Source of the DNA: an uncultured Collinsella sp.
Lineage (GTDB): Bacteria; Actinomycetota; Coriobacteriia; Coriobacteriales; Coriobacteriaceae
Reading direction: 5' to 3'
DNA: 45,759 bases
Assembly: GCA_900548935.1 (NCBI GenBank)
Contig: URMR01000001.1
Span: forward strand, 1 to 45,759
Below, piece after piece: positions 1 through 9,607 of the stretch (positions within the stretch are counted from its first letter, which is position 1; every line of letters starts with the position of its first letter). The position numbers and the translations under genes are program-made. The notes under the pieces are model-generated. The model searched no databases. It saw only the letters and a list, made by a program, of their open reading frames with translations, and had not been told where the DNA came from.

Positions 1-125
1 CCCCCCCCCGACGCGCCCTTGCGCATATTGCCTTCTATGAGGCGAAGCGCTACGACATCAAGGGGAAGAAGCATATTACTACCCGAAGAGGACTCCTTGC
101 CAAAGCCCTTTGAGGTCGGGCGGCA

Positions 126-566
126 TTATTGAGTGTGGGCGTTATCGTAGGTATCTTTGATTTCTTCCGGCAAATTGTCGGGAATCAGCGCCTTCACTCT
201 ATCCTCGTTGCCATCTTGGATCGCCTGCTCGTAGTACCAGCATTTGAACTTCAACATGTCCAGCGCGCGGTTCATCTTCGCGATCTCCGACTCCATGTGG
301 GCCTTTCGCTCCTCGAACATGGCCTTGCGCTTGGGGTATGTCGATGGGCCTTCCGCACACCATTCCATGAACAGTCGGATGTCCTTGATCTCCATTCCAG
401 CCTTCTTTAAGCATTCAATGACTCGAAGCGACTCGAGTTCCGTATCGCCGAATCGGCGAATGCCGGATGTCCGTTCCAGCCCCGGGAACAATCCCTGCTT
501 GTCGTAATAACGCAGCGTGGAAACGGGCAGACCGAACATCTCCGCCACCTGTCCGATTGTGTACAT
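126..566 (-). CDS. MerR-family transcriptional regulator (AdhR/NmlR-like)
   Basis: N-terminal MerR HTH (YTIGQVAEMFGLPVSTLRYYDKQGL), Cys52 in VIECLKKAG as in NmlR/AdhR, coiled coil, GGAGG RBS; divergent from an oxidoreductase operon. Confidence 0.93.
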   Translation of the reverse strand: MYTIGQVAEMFGLPVSTLRYYDKQGLFPGLERTSGIRRFGDTELESLRVIECLKKAGMEIKDIRLFMEWCAEGPSTYPKRKAMFEERKAHMESEIAKMNRALDMLKFKCWYYEQAIQDGNEDRVKALIPDNLPEEIKDTYDNAHTQ

Positions 567-597
567 GGTCCCTCCGGATAAATCTGGAATTTACTCC

Positions 598-628
598 TTG
601 ACCTAAAGTTAGGTTTAGGTATTACCTT
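598..628 (+). promoter_or_regulatory. MerR-type promoter/operator with 19-bp spacer
   Basis: TTGACC (598-603), 19 nt, TACCTT (623-628); dyad ACCTAAA-N6-TTTAGGT (601-620) overlaps the -35 and spacer. Confidence 0.8.
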
Positions 629-671
629 TATTTTCGTCAATATATATAAGGAGTGCAAGGGGTATTCCGTA

Positions 672-1211
672 ATGAGCAAAACGGTTTTGATAGTCTCTTC
701 AAGTCCTCGAAAGAATGGCAATTCCGAGACGTTGGCGGACGCATTCGCCAAAGGTGCGCAGGAAGCGGGGCACAGCGTGGAGACCGTGCGCCTGCGCGAA
801 AAGCAGCTCGGCTTCTGCAAGGGCTGCCTTGCCTGCCTAAAGCTGGGGCGCTGCGTCATCCAAGACGATGCCGTGGAAATTGCCGCCAAAATGCACGATG
901 CGGATGTGTTGGTGTTCGCAACGCCCGTCTACTACTACAGCGTCTGTGGCCAGCTCAAGACCATGCTGGACCGCGCCAACCCGCTTTTCGGCTCCGATTA
1001 TGCATTCACCGAGGCGTATCTATTGGCAACGGCGGCGGAGAGTGGGCGCTCGACCTTCGACGGCGCGAAAAAGGCCGTGCAGGGATGGGTCGACTGCTTC
1101 TCCCGCTGCACGCTTGCCGGAACGGTTTTCGCTGGCGGCGTGAACGACGTGGGCGAAATCGCCGGACATCCCGCCCTAGAGCAGGCGCGACGAATGGGCA
1201 TGGGAATCTAG
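672..1211 (+). CDS. Flavodoxin-like / NADPH-dependent FMN reductase family protein with Cys cluster motif
   Basis: SSSPRKNGNS FMN loop, CKGCLACLKLGRC motif, ATPVYYY. Confidence 0.9.
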   Translation: MSKTVLIVSSSPRKNGNSETLADAFAKGAQEAGHSVETVRLREKQLGFCKGCLACLKLGRCVIQDDAVEIAAKMHDADVLVFATPVYYYSVCGQLKTMLDRANPLFGSDYAFTEAYLLATAAESGRSTFDGAKKAVQGWVDCFSRCTLAGTVFAGGVNDVGEIAGHPALEQARRMGMGI

Positions 1212-1272
1212 ACGCGGCTTAGCTGCACGGAAGCAGTTTGTACTCAAAACCATCGACAGGAGGAAATCGATC

Positions 1273-2037
1273 ATGGCAATTAAACAGACGGCAGGCAGAG
1301 ATGCCCTGGGGGACTTTGCCCCCAAATTCGCTCAGCTCAACGACGACGTGCTGTTTGGCGAGGTATGGAGCCGGGAGGACGATCTTTCCTTGCGCGATCG
1401 CAGCATAGTGACGGTGGTTGCCCTAATGGCGCAGGGCCTGACGGACTCCTCGTTCCAATATCATCTGATGTCCGCAAAGAACAACGGCGTGACCAGGGCG
1501 GAGATAGCGGAGATCCTTACGCACGCGGCGTTTTACGCGGGCTGGCCCAAGGCATGGGCGGCCTTCCGTATGGCGAAGGAGGTCTGGGCGGATGACGATG
1601 CCACCGACGCAAAGGCCCGACACCAAAACGAGATGGCCTTTCCCATCGGTGCCCCTAACGACGCATTTGCGAAGTACTTTATTGGGCAAAGCTACCTCGC
1701 GCCCCTTTCCACCGAGCAGGTTGGCGTCTACAACGTGACGTTCGAGCCCGGCTGCCGCAACAACTGGCACATCCATCACGCCAAAAGCGGTGGCGGACAG
1801 ATCCTCGTCTGCGTGGCTGGTCGAGGGCTTTACCAGGAATGGGGTAAACCGGCACAGGAGCTGTGCCCTGGCGATGTAGTAAATATTCCCGCGGGCGTAA
1901 GGCACTGGCACGGTGCGGCGCCCGACAGCTGGTTCTCCCATCTCGCAGTGGAGGTTCCGGGCGAGGAGGCCTCCAACGAGTGGTTGGAGCCCGTGGACGA
2001 CGAGCAATACCTTAAAGCGACTGACAAGGAGGCTTAG
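1273..2037 (+). CDS. Carboxymuconolactone decarboxylase-like + cupin fusion protein
   Basis: LFGEVWSR...LSLRDRS...AFYAGWPKA (CMD); VTFEPGCRNNWHIH...HWHGA (cupin); AGGAGG RBS. Confidence 0.9.
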   Translation: MAIKQTAGRDALGDFAPKFAQLNDDVLFGEVWSREDDLSLRDRSIVTVVALMAQGLTDSSFQYHLMSAKNNGVTRAEIAEILTHAAFYAGWPKAWAAFRMAKEVWADDDATDAKARHQNEMAFPIGAPNDAFAKYFIGQSYLAPLSTEQVGVYNVTFEPGCRNNWHIHHAKSGGGQILVCVAGRGLYQEWGKPAQELCPGDVVNIPAGVRHWHGAAPDSWFSHLAVEVPGEEASNEWLEPVDDEQYLKATDKEA

Positions 2038-2039
2038 GC

Positions 2040-3011
2040 ATGGAACAGTTGAAACTGACGCGGGAATGGGACAAAGTATTCCCCAAAAACGACAAGGTTG
2101 AGCACAGCAAGGCGACCTTCCACAACCGATACGGCATCACGCTGGCTGCCGACGTATACGTGCCTAAGAACACGGAAGGCAAGCTGCCCGCCATCGCCGT
2201 CAGCGGCCCGTTTGGCGCGGTGAAGGAGCAGTCCTCCGGTCTGTACGCGCAGAAAATGGCGGAGCTGGGCTTTTTCGCAATTGCCTTTGACCCGTCCTAT
2301 ACCGGCGAGAGTGGCGGCACGCCCCGCTATGTAGCATCGCCGGACATCAACACCGAGGACTTCTGTGCAGCGGTGGATTTCCTCTCTGTGCAGGAAAACG
2401 TTGACCCGGAGCGTATCGGCATCATCGGTATCTGCGGTTGGGGCGGCATGGCAGTCAATGCGGCGGCCATCGACACCCGTATCAAAGCTACCGCGGCTAT
2501 GACCATGTACGATATGACCCGCGTGACCGCAAATGGCTATTTTGACGCCGAGGATTCCGAGCAGGCGCGCTTTGAAAAGCGGAAGGCGCTGAACGCGCAG
2601 CGCACCGAGGACTATAAAAACGGCAGCTATGCGCTGGCGGGCGGCGTGGCCGATCCGCTATCGGAGGACGCGCCGCAGTTTGTAGCGGACTATTACGCCT
2701 ACTACAAAACTCCGCGAGGCTACCATCCCCGCAGCCTGAACTCCAACGGCGGCTGGAATGTGACGTCCTCGCTGTCGTTTTTGAATATGCCGATCTTGCA
2801 GTACGCCGGCGAGATCCGCTCCGCCGTGCTGCTGGTGCATGGCGAGAAGGCGCACTCCCGCTATTTCAGCGAAACCGCGTACGGCAAACTGACTGGGGAC
2901 AACAAGGAATTGCTCATTATCCCCGGTGCCAACCACACCGACCTTTACGATCAGATGGACGTCATTCCGTTTGGAAAGCTGAAAGCGTTCTTTGAGGAAT
3001 ACCTGAAATAA
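2040..3011 (+). CDS. Alpha/beta hydrolase
   Basis: GPFGAVKEQ, GICGWGG nucleophile elbow (Cys), GANHTDLYD; GGAGG RBS. Confidence 0.9.
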   Translation: MEQLKLTREWDKVFPKNDKVEHSKATFHNRYGITLAADVYVPKNTEGKLPAIAVSGPFGAVKEQSSGLYAQKMAELGFFAIAFDPSYTGESGGTPRYVASPDINTEDFCAAVDFLSVQENVDPERIGIIGICGWGGMAVNAAAIDTRIKATAAMTMYDMTRVTANGYFDAEDSEQARFEKRKALNAQRTEDYKNGSYALAGGVADPLSEDAPQFVADYYAYYKTPRGYHPRSLNSNGGWNVTSSLSFLNMPILQYAGEIRSAVLLVHGEKAHSRYFSETAYGKLTGDNKELLIIPGANHTDLYDQMDVIPFGKLKAFFEEYLK

Positions 3012-3419
3012 GGCGCGCCTTGATTCAACGCCAAGTCTCCAGCAACGATTCTTCCAGTCATGGTCACAGCATACGGCTTTTGACCTGCGGAAACGAGCAG
3101 GGATAAAGCCGCTAGCCATGATTCCTTCCTCGAAATAGGTGAAGAGGGGCTGAAATAGCGAATTCACGCCCTCAGCCAGGATGTCTGCAACTTGCAATCC
3201 GACCTGTTTTGTCCTTGGGACAAAAATGAAACTGCGGGCCTTCGGTGACCGAAAAGTTTTCCGCGTTGTCCCACGTTTTGTCTCAAACTCCTACGCGAAG
3301 ACATACGGCGAGATTCGGTGGCAAGACACCTAAAGCCGACGACCCAACTGGAGTTGACTGGAATGGCACAACAATAAACGAGCGTGAAAGAGTGGAAATA
3401 GCTGATATTCGGCGATTTC

Positions 3420-3460
3420 AAGCTCCTGACCTGGATCGACAGGTCAGGAGCTTTTCTTTT
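3420..3460 (+). terminator. Rho-independent terminator-like hairpin (no intact gene directly upstream)
   Basis: AAGCTCCTGACCTG-N6-CAGGTCAGGAGCTT followed by TTCTTTT. Confidence 0.65.
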
Positions 3461-3607
3461 GGCAGCCTCCGGGCAACCTCCAGTCAACCCTTACGGCTTC
3501 ATACCGCGATTCATGTCGCTCCTAATCAACATCCGCGATGCTTCGCGGGCGCGCAGCACGAGTGTGGAAATACGGACGCACGAGCGTGGATTTTCGAACG
3601 CCTGATG

Positions 3608-3677
3608 AATGAGAGTGGATAATCTCCCACATTGAGCCTCAAGCAAGGCTCAATGTGGGAGATTATCCACTCTCATT
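3608..3677. repeat. Perfect 32-bp inverted repeat with 6-nt loop
   Basis: AATGAGAGTGGATAATCTCCCACATTGAGCCT-caagca-AGGCTCAATGTGGGAGATTATCCACTCTCATT. Confidence 0.95.
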
Positions 3678-4311
3678 TTTTCGACATGTGCCGCGTTGGT
3701 GGCTCTGGTGTGCGCCGAGCGCGTGCGGCTAACGTCGCAAAATAGGGCTTTGTGCTGGCAGTTGTCGTAATAAACCCTCACGTTGTCAAGGGGTTGGAAG
3801 GGGTCTAGGTATTCAGCCGTGACGGCGGAGACATCGCGCCCATGCGCTTCATTAGTCTTATCGGATTTTCGAACTGTTTGCGGCGGTAGATGAGTGTGAG
3901 CAAATGCTGGCGAGCCTTTTCACCATGTCGCCGTTCTCGTCAACGAAGATGCTGGGTTCTTTGGCCAATGGGGCTCCTAATGGAAATAAATATAAAATAG
4001 CCGGGGAACTTTCCTGGCACTTGGAGGTAGCCAAAAGAGCCGTAAGCAACTATATGGCAAACGCCGATGGTGAACGTAGAGGGGCGTGGGATGAAGTTGA
4101 TAATCAAGGGTTCTTCTGCGGTGGTCACAAATCAGCAGGCAGCTAAAAGATAGGAGGTTCACTAGGCGTAAAATCTTTAAACTGTATGAACAAATTTCAT
4201 TTCGCGGATACGCGCCTTCGGTTCATGGAGTGCCTCGCGATAATTTCTCACCCTATATAAGGCAGGCGGATATACCGAGAAGGGAGAACCACGGGAAGGA
4301 GCATTAATGAT

Positions 4312-5490
4312 ATGAAGATGCCTGACTTCGGGGATATGGCCAAGGGCATGGTGCGGGGGGCCGCGAACGGAGTGAAGAGGATTCATCAGGCTTTCGGCGG
4401 TGAATACGGGGATTCGTTCGAGGGAAACGTCGTTGCTGAGAACGGCGAATATATCCTACCGGATCCGATAATTGACGACCGCGAATGTGAAGAGATGACT
4501 CCCTCGCCAGACGCTACGAGAAGATGACCTCTCCCGGTATTCTGGCAAAAGCCGGGAAGAAAGCCGATGAACTCACGCCCGCTCCGGTCAAGGAGATTGC
4601 CGGTAAAGTTGGTGACATCGCCAGGGATACATTCGGGGATCTGACGGAGCAGGAGCTCATGGCGGCTGCCATCAAGAAGGCTGCCGATGGCTTCGGAGAG
4701 CTCGAGAAACAGGCGGCAAAGGCAAGCGTGAGCAAAGAACACGTCATACAGTGCGTCAACGCGGGGAAACAGGCACAAAAGGTTTCGGATATTTCGCAAA
4801 TCTGTCTGCTGCGCGCATATGACGTCGCTGCCGTCTCGGCCAAGGAGCGCCCGCAGCACATGGGAATCGCACTTGCCGAGGGCGGAGGAACGGGCGCTAT
4901 CGGGTTCTGGGGTCTCCCTGCAAACATCGCGCTCAGCATGCTTGTCTATTTCAGGGCAGTCCAGTCAGTGGCCATGTTCTATGGCTACGACGTCAAAGAA
5001 GACCCCGCAGAGCTCATCATTGCCAGCGAGGTGTTTCAAAGGGCGATGTCGCCGAGCCCCAAGGGGAACCCAGCTACTGATTATATCGGGAAGGTTCTCA
5101 TATATGCCGAGAGCGCGGCCGTGAAACAAGCCGCAAAGAAGGGCTGGACCGCGATGGTCGAGAAAGGTGGCGCCGCGCTCGCTATCGCCCAGATGCGCGC
5201 ACTCGCCAACAAAGCAGCCCAAAAGGCTTTGGAGAACGGTGGCAAGAAGGCAATCGAGGCTGGCGTATTTAAGAAAACCCTTACTCAAATTGGTCAGAAG
5301 CTGACGCTGAAGAACGTCGGCAGACTTGTTCCCGTGGTGGGAGCGGGTTTCGGTGCCTTTTTTTGACACAGCGCAAATGAACAGTATCCTAGACTTCGCC
5401 GACCTCTTCTACCACAAGCGTTTCATTGTCGAGAAGGAACAACGTGTGCAGAGGCTTACGGGAGAAACGGCTGAGTTTGCAGAGAGTTAG
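4312..5490 (+). pseudogene. EcsC-family protein, apparently split by two frameshifts
   Basis: ORFs 4312-4527 and 4524-5366. EcsC-like motifs EGGGTGAIGFWGLPANI, MFYGYD and VPVVGAGFGA. After the T7 tract (5358-5364) the shifted frame reads DTAQMNSILDFADLFYHKRF to TAG 5490. Confidence 0.7.
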
Positions 5491-5780
5491 AGTCGTCAAC
5501 TAGACCTGTCGGGCGCAACTTCATGCGCCGAAACGTAATCAATCGGAAGCTATTTGGCTGCCCTCGGCCATGTGGCTTCCGCCTTACTCTATCTCGCCGT
5601 CAGGTACTCCGAGCTTATGTGACGTCCACCCGCATCATCGCGCTCGTGCACGTCTGCGTCGGGGGTGGAGGTCCTTGGCTCTTGGTTGGCGAACAGTTTG
5701 TCAAACGTCATATCTGCCACCCCGGTTCAGTATTTAGATTTACATTCTATTGTCCATGCCCGCAGCCATTTTAGTCCCAG

Positions 5781-6434
5781 CTACGGCCTCTTCGGCACCT
5801 GCGGCAGCCTGGCTCCGCAGGAAGAGCAGTACGACGCGTCGCCGGATGCCTTGACGCCGCAATAGGGGCAGAAAGACGCGCGCACCTTGCGGCCTCCTGG
5901 CGTCCAGGTCCTAATTCCCTTGGCAATCAGGACTGCTACGCGCTCGGGGATACCCGAGTCTTCGTTTGAGCTCGCTACGGTGTAATCGCTTGTGAGGTGG
6001 CCCTTGTAGTCAAAGTCGATTACGAACTTCCATGAGCTGATGCCGCTGAGAGTAGCAACTGCCCCGTAGACTCTGTGCTCGACTGCGGTAAGGGACTCAA
6101 GTCTTTTTACTGATCGTCGCGTACTGGCGACAATTTCCTCAAGCTCTTCTTGGGTCACATCGTCTCTGAAACTCTCGCTCGCACGGTCCCACTCGGCTTT
6201 TGCTTTGACCTTTTCGAGTTCGACCTTCCGTTTCTCCTGTCTGTCGGATGCGAACACTACGATGCCAAGGAGAATGAACATGGGCAAAAGTGACGTCAGC
6301 ATATCCATTAAATGCTCCCTAAATAACTCCAGCGCTGCATGCGAGAAAAACAATGCGACGTGTAAGATGATAAAGGCGGACAGCCCCGCTGTGAAATACC
6401 ACCTGAACGTCTCGTGGTGGGCGACGCACATCAC
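5781..6434 (-). CDS. Membrane protein with C-terminal zinc ribbon (start uncertain, may be 5'-decayed)
   Basis: Two hydrophobic helices; C-terminal FCPYCG...YCSSCG. Confidence 0.65.
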   Translation of the reverse strand: MMCVAHHETFRWYFTAGLSAFIILHVALFFSHAALELFREHLMDMLTSLLPMFILLGIVVFASDRQEKRKVELEKVKAKAEWDRASESFRDDVTQEELEEIVASTRRSVKRLESLTAVEHRVYGAVATLSGISSWKFVIDFDYKGHLTSDYTVASSNEDSGIPERVAVLIAKGIRTWTPGGRKVRASFCPYCGVKASGDASYCSSCGARLPQVPKRP

Positions 6435-6593
6435 GACGATGCTGCCAAGGGCTCCTTCTGCGAGTGTAAACCCTGCAAAATGGATTCGGAGAACTGGCGG
6501 CAGTGGTCAATCACTCTTTTCGATGGAGACTGCCTCTGGATTTACTGCTGACGCTAGTGGCGGCCACGGTCCAAGTGTATTCGGAGTCGCTGA

Positions 6594-6938
6594 CTAACTT
6601 TTGTCGAGCTCCTTCAGCCGGGAGAGGCAGCGGTCCAGAAACCCGCTCCTGGCTTGCGCGGCAAGGAATCCGTCGCAGAAGCGGTCGCCACGAACGCACC
6701 ACGTGATGCATGCACGTATCAGGTTAATGTCCCCATGGTCGATATCGCAGCTGTCTATGCCTTCCGAGGTGTCGATGCTATGGCGTTCAAGCGTCTCGAA
6801 GTAGCTGGTGTCCGCGAACCCGTCCAGTTCATAGAAATCGTCGACGAAATCTTCGAGTCCGAGCGTCCCGCCCCCAAGCTTGACATTCATGTTTCTGTCC
6901 GCCAGCTTGCCAGCGTACTTGGTTAGTCTTTCAAACAT
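6594..6938 (-). CDS. DUF6508-like small protein
   Basis: C-terminal ITWCVRGDRFCDGFLA...SGFLDRCLSRL pattern; starts 9 nt after the nuclease stop. Confidence 0.65.
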   Translation of the reverse strand: MFERLTKYAGKLADRNMNVKLGGGTLGLEDFVDDFYELDGFADTSYFETLERHSIDTSEGIDSCDIDHGDINLIRACITWCVRGDRFCDGFLAAQARSGFLDRCLSRLKELDKS

Positions 6939-6947
6939 GTTCGCTAC

Positions 6948-8681
6948 TTAGCTCAAAAGTCCGTTGTCGCCCAGGTAGTCCACGAAGGCATCGATGATCC
7001 GTGCCGTGCGAGTCGCGATGTCTATTTCGGTGAAGTCTCCCATGACTTGTGTCAGGCGCTTGAGTTCCGCGATCTTTGTTCCGGCTTTTCGCTTGCCATT
7101 GCCGTCGGTGTATCCCTCATAGTACTTGCGTTTATCGCAGAATCTGTAGTCGGCCGCGCGGATGTTTACACGCTTCTCGAGCAGCGCCTTGTTACCCAGC
7201 GCCTCCAGGCTGGATTGATCGACGAGCGGGTCTATCTCGTTGCGCTTCTTGGCATAGATGTGCTCAATTTCGAGCGTGGTGTCTAGGTCCATGAGTGGTT
7301 GATCTGGGTCTGCGTACGCCCACCAAGTGAGCATGGACTTTGTAACAGGCCTGCCGTTGGTGAACACGTAGGTTCGGAATCGCTCAGCAATATTTGCGCG
7401 ATTGAAGTGGTGGTTAGGAAACTCCACCGGGCGGTGCTCCACGATGTTGATCATCTCGGGATACACTGGCGAACGCAGCGCGTTCACGCCGGGTCGCTCA
7501 ATGGCGTAGGCGAAAATGAATGCCGTGATCTTGTTTAGAAAGCCGTAGAATGCCTCGTCATCGAGGACGCCGTTGCTGTCGCTGTTGGCAAGGAACCAGA
7601 CGCTTAGCAGATAGGTCCACATGCCGTTGGGGGCGTAGTTCAGCACGAAGAGCCTGCGGAGCACGCGCTCGCTGAACCCTTCCTGCGCGTCGACGCGTTT
7701 CCAGAAGCCGAGCAGCGCCTCGAGATCGTCGAGCGTGGCGTCCTCCTTGAGCATGGCGTAACCATCGGCACCGAAGAAGTCGCGCAACGATGCGGTGGTC
7801 GTGTCGCGGATGCCTTTCTTCGCGCGGCGGTAGTACATGTAGCGCGTAAATAGCTCATCGGTTGGTGTGCCGCGCATGGGCCGGAAGATAGCGTTCGCTC
7901 CCTCCTCGAGTCCCTTCCAGCGACGGATGAACTCGTCCTTGCGTCCCGTGTCGGAATAATGCTTGTAGAACTGGCTCTTGAAGATGTCGGCATCCGAGAG
8001 AGGCAGCCCTCGGTCGTTTAGAGTCGAGAAGATGCGTAGCGCGGTGTCCTGCGACTCCGCTTCAATGGGCAACAGTATCACATTGTTGATGACACGTGTG
8101 GCCATGTAGACGGTGTAGGTGGGCCACTCGCTCACCAGTTGCTCAATTTTCCTCTGGAAGAAAGCGAAGTTGCGGGCATAGGCGCTCTTCCAGCCATCGC
8201 CTACATTGCCCTCTCGTAAAATCTCGAGGAATTCATTCTTGTCGTTGTCCGATGCAACCTCGGAGTCGATCTTGAGGCGCTCCATGTTGGGCTCGTCGAA
8301 CTCGTCTGTTTTCCATACACAACGGGCGATTGCCTCGCGCATCTTCACAGACTGCTTATCCTTCATGTTGGTGAACTTGTCGTAGAACGCGCGGAGCAGC
8401 AGCATGATGGTGGTGAGGCGCTGTTGGCCGTCAATGATTTCAAGTTGGCCAGAGAGGTTCTTAAAGGTGACGATGGGCCCTAGAAAGTATTCGTCGTTCT
8501 CGCTGTCGAAACGCTCGTAGTCATCGCCTGGAAAAGCGAACGAGAACAGGTCATCCCACAGCGTTGCGCATTCATCCTCGCCCCAGGCGTAGGGCCTCTG
8601 GTAGTCGGGGATGAGGAAGTCCGATCGCTTATCGGTGAGAAGATCGCGAATCGATCGCTGGTCGATGTTGAGCTTGGACAT
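6948..8681 (-). CDS. GmrSD-type restriction nuclease (DUF262 + DUF1524/HNH)
   Basis: IPDYQRPYAW, IIDGQQRLTT, IFSTLNDRGLPL, C-terminal EIEHIYAK...LGNKALL...N; likely start MSKLNIDQ at 8681 after GGAAGG. Confidence 0.9.
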   Translation of the reverse strand: MSKLNIDQRSIRDLLTDKRSDFLIPDYQRPYAWGEDECATLWDDLFSFAFPGDDYERFDSENDEYFLGPIVTFKNLSGQLEIIDGQQRLTTIMLLLRAFYDKFTNMKDKQSVKMREAIARCVWKTDEFDEPNMERLKIDSEVASDNDKNEFLEILREGNVGDGWKSAYARNFAFFQRKIEQLVSEWPTYTVYMATRVINNVILLPIEAESQDTALRIFSTLNDRGLPLSDADIFKSQFYKHYSDTGRKDEFIRRWKGLEEGANAIFRPMRGTPTDELFTRYMYYRRAKKGIRDTTTASLRDFFGADGYAMLKEDATLDDLEALLGFWKRVDAQEGFSERVLRRLFVLNYAPNGMWTYLLSVWFLANSDSNGVLDDEAFYGFLNKITAFIFAYAIERPGVNALRSPVYPEMINIVEHRPVEFPNHHFNRANIAERFRTYVFTNGRPVTKSMLTWWAYADPDQPLMDLDTTLEIEHIYAKKRNEIDPLVDQSSLEALGNKALLEKRVNIRAADYRFCDKRKYYEGYTDGNGKRKAGTKIAELKRLTQVMGDFTEIDIATRTARIIDAFVDYLGDNGLLS

Positions 8682-8968
8682 GAGCTGTACCTTCCGCTCG
8701 GGAACATTCAAGATGACACGGATTATATCGCCGAAGTCGTCATTCGCTCTATTGCTGCGAGCTACTGAATCTAGCAACCTCTGGCCAACCCTTACGGTTT
8801 CATGTCGTGATCCATATCGGCGCCGATCAATGCCCGTGATGCTTCTGCTTGCACCTTCTTTAGAGAGCGCGAACGAGAGATGCGATCTACAGACGACTGA
8901 ATAGCTCCATCCGTTTTGGTTACAAGAAAACATGCTGCGCGCCTGCAGCATGAAGGAGAGGGAATCCT

Positions 8969-9499
8969 ATGAATATTGTTGTATTGAGCGGTAGCCCGCG
9001 CAAGGGCGCCAATACCGACACCATGGTCGAGGCGTTTGCCGAGACCGCGCGCGAGGCCGGCCATACGGTCGAGGTCATCCGCGTTGCCAGTAAGAAAATC
9101 GCTGGTTGTCTGGGGTGTCAGTATTGCTTCGCCCACGAGGGCACTTGCGTGCAGAAGGATGACATGGCCGACGTGATCGAGTCGCTGAAAGGCGCCGATA
9201 TGGTTGTCTTCGCTTCGCCCATCTACTGGTTTGATATCACTGCGCAGGAGAAGGCCGCCATCGACCGCCTGTATGCCTTCGGTGCTACGGGCTTCCCATT
9301 CACCAAGACGGCCCTTTTGCTCGATAGCCATAGCGAGGGCGTCTATGATGCGGCGATTGCTATGTACAAGTCAACCTGCGCGTACTGCAAGTGGGAGGAC
9401 CAGGGCATTGTCACCATCAGCGGTATGACCGAGCGCGACAGCATGGCATCGTCGACCAAGTTGGAAGAGGTGCGAGAGCTCGCTCGCAAGTTGGCCTAA
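8969..9499 (+). CDS. Flavodoxin-like / FMN reductase family protein
   Basis: SGSPRKGANT, CLGCQYC...C, ASPIYWF; AGGAG RBS. Confidence 0.9.
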   Translation: MNIVVLSGSPRKGANTDTMVEAFAETAREAGHTVEVIRVASKKIAGCLGCQYCFAHEGTCVQKDDMADVIESLKGADMVVFASPIYWFDITAQEKAAIDRLYAFGATGFPFTKTALLLDSHSEGVYDAAIAMYKSTCAYCKWEDQGIVTISGMTERDSMASSTKLEEVRELARKLA

Positions 9500-9607
9500 G
9501 GGCAAGAAGAACGCATGGCAATCGGTGTTGGTGGAAATGCTTGCTGTCCTTACCGAGAGGAATGCTGATTGCCATGCAACGATGCTCCAGCGGACAATTC
9601 CGGTGTG

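Noticed and set aside
1..125. Leading C9 run and partial reading frame
   Set aside because: Window edge, too little context to interpret
3245..3622. 125-aa ORF
   Set aside because: Runs through a terminator and into the palindrome; no RBS or motifs, so probably spurious
8682..8951. 90-aa N-terminal extension of the GmrSD ORF
   Set aside because: DUF262 proteins start shortly before the IPxYQR motif; an RBS-like sequence precedes 8681
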